NCBI RefSeq assembly: GCF_964355755.1 | Contig: NC_092676.1 | Location: 18,370,871-18,434,870 of the forward strand | Reading direction: 5' to 3' | Length of the DNA: 64,000 bases | Source: Antedon mediterranea | Taxonomy: Eukaryota > Animalia > Echinodermata | Part shown: piece after piece, positions 38,501-47,555 of the stretch | Position numbering within the stretch: position 1 is the first letter of the stretch | How the letters are laid out: the number at the start of each line of letters is the position of its first letter | Made by a program: the position numbers and the translations under genes | The notes under the pieces: model-generated | What the model saw: only the letters and a program-made list of their open reading frames with translations | Told to the model about the DNA's origin: nothing | Databases searched by the model: none

Positions 38501-41500
38501 ATTTTCTACCAAGTTAGGTAGCTAAAAAAGAGAGAAAAATGCTTGCATTAATACTCTATAGTCAAAGAAAACAAGCTCTAAACAACACAAGCAATACCAC
38601 CATACCAATTAGATTTAAATTAAATTAAAATGAATGACGAGACCCACCTTTACTTTTGTTATTACCTTAACTGGAGTTAATCCAATGTGATACACCTGTT
38701 TCGGATCCTTCTCTAACTCTTGTAAGAGTTGCTGTTGCTGTGGAACCGTCAATGCAACAGAGAAAGCTTTAGTCATCAGACGTTTGACCTCAAGACCAGT
38801 TGTGTTACTTACACACATTGTTGTGTCCCATGCCAAGTTGATGTCCACATCAACAGGGTTCATCCAGATCAACTAAAACAGGCATAAATATTTTTTTACT
38901 CAAAAATGTAACACACTGGGTGTTCTCCATCTACACTATCAAACTAGTTTGAAAAAAAAAAGTGTGCCCAAAATTGGTAGTGATGTGACATCATCATGTC
39001 CATGGGCACATCACATTTTTTTTGTCACATAAAGTTTGATAGTGTGGACAGAGCTTAAGAGCACCAGTAAGAATAGAACAGAAACATTTCTTACATTACC
39101 TTTCAAGACTGTACTCTATTTTTCTTTTTTTAAACATAATATTGTACAAAGTGCTCTCTAAAATAAGTGACATTTTGGGGTCTACTGTACACTATGATTA
39201 TTGTGCAAAATTGAACAGGGTTTTGTTGATTGTATAAGATATGTTCCCGTACCTCATCTTCACATACATGTAGAGGGGGTGGTAATCGAATAAATTCTGG
39301 TTTGAAATATTTCGACATTGCTGAATTTGGACCATTACCAAGAATTTCAAGAACATTTTCTGCTTGTTTAAGATCGACATTTGCACTGAAAAATAAAAAA
39401 AAAAAAAAAAAATATGTCATTTGATTTGAAATTGGGATAAGAACTAAATAATAATAATTTAAAAAAAACCCTTTTAAGTAGGCCTAATGAGCAAATAATC
39501 AGCAGTTAACCTCTCTTGGAACACTCTTATAAAGGAGACATTCAAATATCGCTGGTTAACGAACCAGTAACCAGTCAACTGGTTAAACAGACACCACCTA
39601 TTTTAAAAGGGACACTGTGGTTTGGTCAAAAAGAATCTGTGATTTTTCTGATTGGTTCAATTTAAAATTATAGCACAATAACCGCAATCAGTTGGTAGCA
39701 TTATTAAATTATAGTATTCATATGCTATTTTAGCACCACAATAAAAGGTCAGAGGTCATTTACCTGGCAACAGGATCAGTCATATTGTAACACAATAAAG
39801 GTCAGAGGTCATTTACATGACATTAGGATCTCTCAAATTGTAGCACCGCAATAAAAGGTCAGAGGTCATTTACCTGACATCAGGATCACTCATATTGAAG
39901 CGCCAAAATAAAAGGTCAGAGGTTATTTACCCGACATCAGGATCTGGATCGCTCATTATACAGGGCACAGCCACCTTGCTTATAACAGGCAGTTCAGAAT
40001 GTTTCCTGGCTAATGCCAACTGCAATTCACTAATGTCTATGACTGGAGCATTTTGGCCAAGGTCCATAGCAACAATCTGTCTTGGAACTTTTTTGAAAAG
40101 CTGCAATAAAAATAAAGGATAAAAAATCAGATTTGGATTCTGTTATCACAGACACTTTTTTTGGGTGGACAGTCGTGATCAAGTGAGGACGACACTAGGT
40201 TTTCATTCAAATTGAATACTAGTATTCCTGAGCTCTAATTGGTTGGGCAACAAATGCTACAAATATTATGGAAATATTCTTAACTTAAAGCTCTATTCAC
40301 AGAGGAAAAACGAAAATATCAATCAGCGCAATGCATGTTGGGATTTATAGCGGGCTGCTTAAATTATTTATTAATATACTTATTTTTCACATTTTTAACC
40401 GTTTAAAGATGAAAAATGTTATCGAAATAGGACTTTATAGTATCTATTTTACATTAAATTTGGTTTGTTAAATTAGATCTAAAAAACGTAGAGAATGGGA
40501 CTTAAAAGTGAAATAAACACAGTACTTCTCTAGACGGGGAAGTGACATCCAAAATCTGAGAAAGGAAGTATTTTTCTGAATGGTTGATTGGAGTCATTAG
40601 ATTAAGACCACCGGCTGCTTCCTCAACGTTACCCTAAAAAGAAACAAAAATATTTTGAATACTTAAACAAAAATTGATGGAAGATAGGTTGGTTAGATTT
40701 CTTTTTCTTTTAACTGATTTTACATTTTGTTGCCTTACCAGAAGGTGTACAAAAATTGGAGCAAATGGATTTGAGCCTATGGATTCATTACGATACATCT
40801 CCCATAGGAGAAACAGAGCTGTTAAACGTTGTGGTCCAGTTGGAAGGAAGTCAGGGTTGTGTAGCAGCAAAACCTGTAAAAAAAAAGTATAAAAACATTT
40901 TGTTTAATATAGGTATGTGCAGATTCAGGAGGATAGGCTTTCAGATTTTTTAAGCTGGCCAATTAATTTGGGAAACTTTGTCATAAAACTAGGCTTGCTC
41001 CAATATCATCACTGTCAGGGGTGGATCCTACATTATAGATTAGTGGGGGTTGGGTAAAATATTTCATAAATGATAAAAACTATCTGCCAGGTTGCACCTG
41101 CCTATCCATAGCGATGCATGCAAGATATGAACATTTAAAAAAAAATCAACTGCTGATGGTAAGCTTTGGCTATATACTTACTAACTCTCTATGACTCAAA
41201 CAAGTACAGTGCAGTGGTGGTCTTGAAAACCGAAAACTCTCCGCCCACCCCTCCTCCAAAACATTAAGTTCCAGCTCAATACTATTTAATTTGCATTTAT
41301 TAGACTTAAAAAAACAAGACATTTTGGACCAACGCAATTGTCTGTATTTGAAGATGCTTAAATGTTAACTGTATTATTCTGGTCCTCAAGAGTAACTGGA
41401 AACTGAGGCTCTCCACTGACCCACAGCAGCCATCAGTGCAGCGCCTACCAGATCAACACAACGGGAGACGATCCCCTACTCTTTACGAATAGTTTACCAA

Positions 41501-44500
41501 GTTCTTTAACGTGCACTATTAAGTACACAAGACCAACGGCCTTATATCTCATCCAAAGGATGAGGCAATGCGAGTAAAGCATCTTGCCTAAGTATGCAAT
41601 TAGTATGGTACAGATAAGCTTGAACCTATGCCTATCAGATGCTAGTCCGATATTATCATTACACCATCACTTTCTGGTATATACTGTACAGCACCCGCCA
41701 CTATTTCTAGATGGTCTCCCATCCATAACACCACCGAGCCCAACGTTGCTTAACTTTTTGATGATCTGACGAGAACAGGTGCTATAATATGATTAAAATT
41801 CATTACCTTTGATCATGTGACTTACCAGAAATGTGCCAACCTTAAAATATTCATGTTTTTGAAATGATTCATGAAACCCATTTGCCAAGTTTTCAAATGA
41901 GGTATTATTGGAAGACTCTTCACTCAGGATACTGAAAATAAAATCAAATTACTACAGTTAATAGCTTATCTAGGCTAGGACATCGCTGTGCTCTAGGGAA
42001 GCCAATCTACATAATACCTTGCACCTACTGTACATAGGCTAGTGATTATGTAATTGTTTATGCGTGATTCTTGCCATATATCAAATTGTGCAAGAATTTT
42101 CTTACATAATTTACAAAAAGACTTTGATACATTTGTGTAATTTACATGGAAGCTAGGCCCACCAGGCTTATTGACAGAAAATGTCAATTTACATCATTTA
42201 CGAATAATACCTAGGCCTAATCAATATTTATGGAACGCCGTTTACGCAACATTTCGATGATATAAATTTTATGACTTGATATGTGAATGAAATGCATCGA
42301 TATGTAATTTTATGACTTGATATGTGAATGAAATGCGTCGATATGAATTACATGACACTTTTTGAATGAAATGTTTTGGATGAAAAGCTTTGAATTGAAT
42401 GATTTGAATGAAATGTTTTGAATGATCACGATTTTTAATCTCAACCTCTAGCCTTAGTACCCTCTTCTCCTCTCTCTCTCACCGCTTTCATCAATATGGA
42501 GGATCCTTTACAGCATAGTATAGGGCAAAAAGCTAACATGGAGAGGTCTGGTACGGAACACGGTCAAGCTACCAAGTGGGAATGACATACGCCACCAATA
42601 GTTTGACTTTTCAAAGCATTCAATTCATTCAAAACATTTCAATTCAAATCATTTCATTCAAAACTTATCAATTAAAAACATTTCAATTAAAAACATTTCA
42701 TTCAGAACAAAACATTCAATTCAAAGCATTTAATTCAAAACAAAACATTCAATTCAAAGCATTCTATTCAAAACATTTCATTCATATTGCGTCTTCAATT
42801 CATATCGATCGATGCATTTCATTCACATAAAATTTCAAACAAAATTCATATCATCGAAATGTTGTGTAAACGTAACGGTGCAGCCTAGGCCCTTAGTAGT
42901 ATAATTAGGGAGGTTAGTAGATGGGGGTGTCACGAAACCTAAGACCACGAAAGCTAAGACCCCCTAAGACCTAAGATCACGAAAGCTAAGACCCAAAACC
43001 TAAGATTACAAATATTTATCTTTCGCACCTGCCTTGTATTTTAACTCCCAACATTTATTCTGAATACCACACCTTAGAATTGGCACTTTTATGAAAAAGA
43101 ATCACATAAAAAGTAACAAATACATTTTTAAATTGATGATTTTACAGACGTTTTTCTCGCACACAAACTGTTTGCGAATTTCGCATGACTAGCCTACAGT
43201 ACAGCAGTAGCAGTCGGCCTCTACCATGTTCAATGTTTTTGTTTCTATGGAACGTCAAAAGAGCAAAAATTATATAGAGGGCTGAAAACTCTGTGGAGTC
43301 CATCTACAGTGTGGATGGAACAATGTAAAATTAAAATTGTAATGATAATAGTATAATCATGCAAGTACGAAGAAATAAATACTGGCAAATAAATTTTAAT
43401 TTAAAAATCATGATTTGTTTCGTTTTCTTTCTGTTTTTATACTTGTACTATTATTGTTGCTCTTTTGGCGCTCCATAGAAACAAAAACATTGAGCATGGT
43501 AGCTCGAGGAGTTACAGTATACAAAGAAACATGTCTGTAAAATCATCAATTTAAAGGATTTATTTATTTGTTTTTATGTGTTTCTCCGTCTGAAAGTACT
43601 TATAAATCCTAATTTTAAAGTGTGGTATTCAGGATAAAGTTAGTCAACAAATTTGGAGTCAAAATACAAGAAAGGCAGGTGCGTAAGAAAAACATCCTCT
43701 GAACCAACACAATGGAGTAAATATATACCAACAAACAACCCGTCAAGTTTGTTTGTTGTGAAGAAAAAAATATACATTTACTAAACGGGCGAAAATAATG
43801 TGATTTTTATCTATGTTTTGCGGTAGTATTTAATTATATTTATGGTAATAAATGAAACCTAATGACTAATGTGTTTAAAATTATGTATGGATAAACAAGT
43901 ATTGTTTTTAAGCTGTAGTATATCTTAGAATTTGTAATCTTAGGTCTTGGGTCTTAGCTTTTGTGATCTTAGGTCTTAGGGGGTCTTAGCTTTCGTGGTC
44001 TTAGGTTTCGTGACACCCTAGTAGATGGTCTAGGTATAGGCCCTAGGCCTAGCTAGGGTTAGCTAGGCCTAGGCCCCGACCTACCTAGTGTAGCAGGTAG
44101 GCCTAGGCTAGCCTATTGGCGCTAGTTCCGTTTCGCACCTGTTTTTATTTCGACTTCCTTTTGACTCCAAATTGTTAAGCAACTTATTGTGAATACCACA
44201 CCTTAAAATTGGGCCTTATAAGTACTTTTATGAAGAAGAATCACATAAAAAGTAACAAATAAATCATTAATTGATGATTTTACAGACATGTTTCTCGCAT
44301 ACCGTTCGCGAATTTAGCAGCATACTCGAAGTTCAATTTCGTTTCTATGGAGCGCCAAAAGAGCAACAACAATAGATGGTTAAAAACTCAGTGGAATGCG
44401 TCTTCTTTTAATGCATTTATTATTGAAATACACGTTTAATTTTAATATATTTTGTCAATAAAAATGCTGTAACATTTTACTGCTAATAATTTGCTGTTTT

Positions 44501-45193
44501 CAAATAGCAACCAACCCTAGGCCTAACTAAGAGTAAGAGACTATAGATAGACTAGTAAGACTAGAGGAATATTATTTAGATCAGGTATACCCCTACAGCA
44601 GTACATGATGTAATATGATGATGAATTTGTCGATTTTCATTCCTAAAAGTTCCTGCAAAAACCATGTACAGTATCAACAGTAATATTTTTGTTGCATTGC
44701 CATTGACAAAATATGATAAAATTGAACGTAATTTTCACCAATAAATGCATTAAATATACGCAATTTACTGAGTTTTAGCCATCTATTATGATTGCTCTTT
44801 TGGCGCTCCATAGAAACAACAACATTGAACATGGAGTATGCGAAATTCACAAACCGATGTGCGAGAAACACGTCTGTAAATTCATCAATTTAAAGGATTT
44901 ATTTTTTACTTTTTGTGTGATCTCCTTCGTAAAAGTATTTTTGAGGCCTAATTCTAAGGTGTAGTACTCACGATAAAGTTACTTAACCAATTTTGAGTCG
45001 AAATAAACGACAGGTGCGAAACGGAACTAGCGCCGGCCTACTTTAGGGCCGGGCCTAGGTAGGCTAGGCCTAGGCTAGTTTAGTTAGTAATTGAAAACCA
45101 AATTACGATTCATAACAAAGACACTACATGCTCTAATATAAAATGGTAAAATCACCTTAAAATTGTAGTTATTTCTTTTGGTAAAAGAGACAT
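35501..45193 (-). CDS. CNOT11: CCR4-NOT transcription complex subunit 11
   Basis: 11 phase-consistent exons: 45193-45156, 41931-41826, 40873-40739, 40633-40526, 40100-39931, 39385-39253, 38872-38666, 38521-38372, 37558-37454, 36292-36242, 35647-35501. Peptides match CNOT11/C2orf29: [118 protein letters not shown]. Confidence 0.97.
35764..35956. mobile_element. Harbinger-like MITE
   Basis: TIR aggccaatttacacagacgagcggtaa / ttactgctcgtctgtgtaaattggcct with TAA-like flanks. Inserted in a degenerate pogo/Tigger-like fragment. Confidence 0.7.
36342..36441. mobile_element. MITE family A copy (short)
   Basis: ctctgtctacactatcaaact...agtttgatagtgtggacagagct. Confidence 0.75.
36874..37258. mobile_element. 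Palindromic Harbinger-like MITE
   Basis: TIR aggcccatttacactaaggcgataacgat / atcgttatcgccctagtgtaaatgggcct. The arms remain roughly complementary nearly to the centre. Confidence 0.75.
37290..37360 (+). pseudogene. tRNA-like pseudogene or SINE head
   Basis: Box A (tggtctagagg) and box B (ggattcaagtcc) at tRNA spacing, followed by a T-run. Stems are imperfect, so it is not called a functional tRNA. Confidence 0.4.
38923..39055. mobile_element. MITE family A copy
   Basis: tctacactatcaaactag...agtttgatagtgtggacagagctt. Confidence 0.75.
39730..39945. repeat. ~59-bp tandem repeat (4 units) that includes the CNOT11 exon 5 donor site
   Basis: Unit aataaaaggtcagaggtcatttacctgacatcaggatc..catattg repeated 4 times. 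The last unit overlaps the exon end at 39931. Confidence 0.85.
41375..41672 (-). mobile_element. tRNA-derived SINE with Deu (Nin-DC) core domain
   Basis: Minus strand: box A tggtgtaatga, box B ggttcaagc, then cctttggatgagatataaggccg...gttaaagaac...ttcgtaaagagtagggg, which resembles the DeuSINE core. The 3' part recurs at ~49185-49330. Confidence 0.7.
41687..41786 (-). pseudogene. 5S rRNA-derived sequence (pseudogene or SINE3-type head)
   Basis: Minus strand gcacctgttctcgtcagatc..aagttaagcaacgttgggctcggt..tggatgggagacc..gaaatag..gggtgctgta aligns by eye to eukaryotic 5S rRNA. Diverged and missing the 5' end. Confidence 0.8.
42238..42873. mobile_element. Foldback-like element with (TGAAT/ATTCA) subterminal repeats
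   Basis: TIR ccgtttacgcaacatttcgatgatat / atatcatcgaaatgttgtgtaaacg. Inverted arrays of tgaatgaaatg-like units. Possible 4-bp TSD AACG. Confidence 0.7.
42925..44018. mobile_element. Non-autonomous Mutator-like (MULE) element with 10-bp TSD
   Basis: ~90-bp TIRs gggtgtcacgaaacctaagaccacgaaagctaagac... built from ctaagac repeats. Perfect TSD tagtagatgg at 42915-42924 and 44019-44028. Confidence 0.85.
44118..45034. mobile_element. Long-TIR palindromic DNA element (GGCGC termini; MULE/Merlin-like)
   Basis: TIR ggcgctagttccgtttcgcacctg / caggtgcgaaacggaactagcgcc. Arms are complementary for over 300 bp. Imperfect 8-bp TSD agcctatt/ggcctact. Confidence 0.8.
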
Positions 45194-45559
45194 TTTAAGA
45201 GAAGAATAGCTGCAAAAACTTCATCTAGGCCTAGGCTAGGCCCGTTAGAGGCTACTCTGTGTGTATGCGGAGATCGCGACGGCGTGCTGCTTCGATCGAT
45301 CGTTTGAATTAATTTTATCAAAGAAAATGACTATGGAGCGTCGAAAGTGCCTTTATTTAGTGGCATGGTGTAAAACATGCTTTATTTAAAAAAATACTGT
45401 TTATTTAAAATAAAGAGGAAAATACTTTTGGCATTACCGGGATAGAAGTTTCAAATACATGCAGACTTGCAATTTGTGTAGGCATATTGACAAGTTTCAA
45501 ATACAATCTGTAAATCAGGCAATACAGGCGTTCCATAACAACAACAAAATAAAATAAAA
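45194..45559. promoter_or_regulatory. Bidirectional promoter region CNOT11 / NDUFV3-like
   Basis: 366 bp separate the divergent ATGs. A CpG-rich patch (gcggagatcgcgacggcg) lies at ~45267-45300. Confidence 0.65.
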
Positions 45560-46801
45560 ATGGCTGCGTCGTTCTCGGTTTGCCGTTTGCAACTAAAACA
45601 ATTATTTGCACTGGTAATTGTATGCTATATAAACTATAAATAAGAAGCATATGTCATTTATAGGCGGCATTATTTATATAACCTATTTAATTAAAATGTT
45701 TGGTCGTACTTCTTCATCTTTTTTCTTCTAGGGCTAGGCCTAGGCTAGTAGTAGTAGGCCTAGGCCTAGCTAGTAGCTAGGCTAGGCTAGGAGGCTAGGC
45801 CTAGTAGTACTTGAATTGAAGGGACCTAGCCCGCCCTAACTAAGGCTAGGTATAGTCTATTCGGCCTAGGCCCTCTAGTAGTGTAGGACAAGGCTAGCAA
45901 GCAAGAAGGCTAATAGTAGGACAGTGAGTCAGGTAGTCAAGTGGTAGGTAGCTTGGCAATGACAGTCCTCTGCCACGTCTAGGCCTGTCTGGCCTGGGGG
46001 AATCCGTCTGGGGAACTGGTATGGATGATTATATATTATTGGTTGGGTATTAATTATCATCCATTTGAAATTACAAGAAGACAAGATGCCGGCACCATTT
46101 AGCCTAATTCATTCCTTGCCTTGATCATAATGTGCGCAATATGATGCTTCTATACGTTATAAGCCCAAGTAGGCTAGCTAGACTTTAATACAAAGGACTG
46201 AACTGTAGGAGATCCAATTTTTCACAGCGAGTAATTACACATTGGAATAGTTTGCCAACCGAGTCGTCATTTCCAAAACCACTAACACATTTAAAAACCG
46301 ATTGGATTCGTTAAATGGGGTTATAAAGGCACACACCGCCTAAACTTTCCCATCCAAACTAAACGAATGGTTTTTTTTTTATAGAAATCTCTACAACTTG
46401 TATGCAGAGCATCATATTGTACATCAAAACCACCAACTAAACCTAAATCAACTTCCATAGGTTTGTTTGCAACACAACGTTATCAAGTTTTCACAATTTG
46501 CATCACAACGTGATCAAGTTTTCACAATTTGCATGCTTTGCCTTTGAATAGCAAAATCGTTATATTGAATGTCAAACACAGACCTACTCTATCTGCAATC
46601 TTTATCAGATCCACTACTTAATTTATTATTTTTTACATTGCAGGAAAGCCAAGTGGAGAATCACAAACAACAACCGGCAGTAAATATGAATCAGGGCAAT
46701 ACTACAAACATAATGAATTCACTTACTATGATATTGAAGACAAAATGGCCAAGTCTAGGGTAGGCCAACCAGCATCACCAAGAGCTGGAGAACATTGCTG
46801 A
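45560..46801 (+). CDS. NDUFV3: NADH dehydrogenase [ubiquinone] flavoprotein 3-like (10-kDa complex I subunit), 95 aa
   Basis: Exons 45560-45613, 46385-46460 and 46644-46801 (phases 0, 1) give MAASFSVCRLQLKQLFALKSLQLVCRASYCTSKPPTKPKSTSIGKPSGESQTTTGSKYESGQYYKHNEFTYYDIEDKMAKSRVGQPASPRAGEHC*. It has a basic, acid-free presequence and the NDUFV3 C-terminal motif Y..HN.FTYYDIE..MAK.R..QP.S. Good start context (aaaATGG) and aataaa at 47001. Confidence 0.85.
46080..46345 (+). mobile_element. CR1-like LINE 3' fragment
   Basis: Frameshifted translation GLNCRRSNFSQRVITHWNSLP..ISKTTNTFKNRLD matches the CR1 ORF2 C-terminus (FS.RV...WN.LP......FK..LD). Confidence 0.65.
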
Positions 46802-47555
46802 AGCTAGCTCTTACAGACACTTATTAATGAGAGACTACAGTATGAGATTGTTGACTTCTTAGCATACTTATTGATAGTGTGTACTGTTTGTTTATGCATG
46901 ATAGTCTGCAGTAGTAATTATATTCAAATGCAATTATATAACACACAAAAATAACCTATGATTTATTAATCAACTTTACTTTTATTCTGAAATTGCAATC
47001 AATAAAATTGTTACAAAAATAAATGTTTACAAGTACATGTTTATTCGCTGTTCTACTTAATTATATTACATGTCATGCCAGTAGGATTAAAATGTATTCA
47101 ATAAATTCAAATAGCAAGTTTGGATTTATCTTTACTTGCTTTTCTTTACTCGACCAAAACTAATGTGCGGTATTAATTTGTTTATAGAGTCAGTTTAGCA
47201 CCATATTCTCAGTGCTGTATCTCCACATATGACAATTTTGCCCAGTATCATATGCAACTTCCTTAATACAGCATCTCATTTGTATCACATGTGATGCCTG
47301 CATTATGCTTAGGTTAGGCCTACATATGTTACAGGGGTCATATGTGACAAATTTACAGAAATTGTCTGATACTGGACAAATTTAATACGTACATTGTACT
47401 GTACCAAGAATCGGCTAAGTACAATATAGTATACCAATTACTAAGATCATGTTTAACCTGTATTACATTAACAGTCCTATTTTAAAAATATATGAGAATA
47501 CAACTGTACAGATGAAGATGAAATAATTAAATATTAAACAATAAAACCTGGCAAT

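Noticed and set aside
41687-41786. Functional 5S rRNA gene
   Set aside because: 5' end missing, several indels, no T-run terminator, and a single copy inside an intron.
42576-42830. 84-aa ORF with QNIQFKAF repeats
   Set aside because: Translation of the ATTCA-repeat arm of a foldback element.
46569-46763. 64-aa ORF in the ORF track
   Set aside because: Wrong frame. The overlapping frame encodes the NDUFV3 motif and has matching splice sites.
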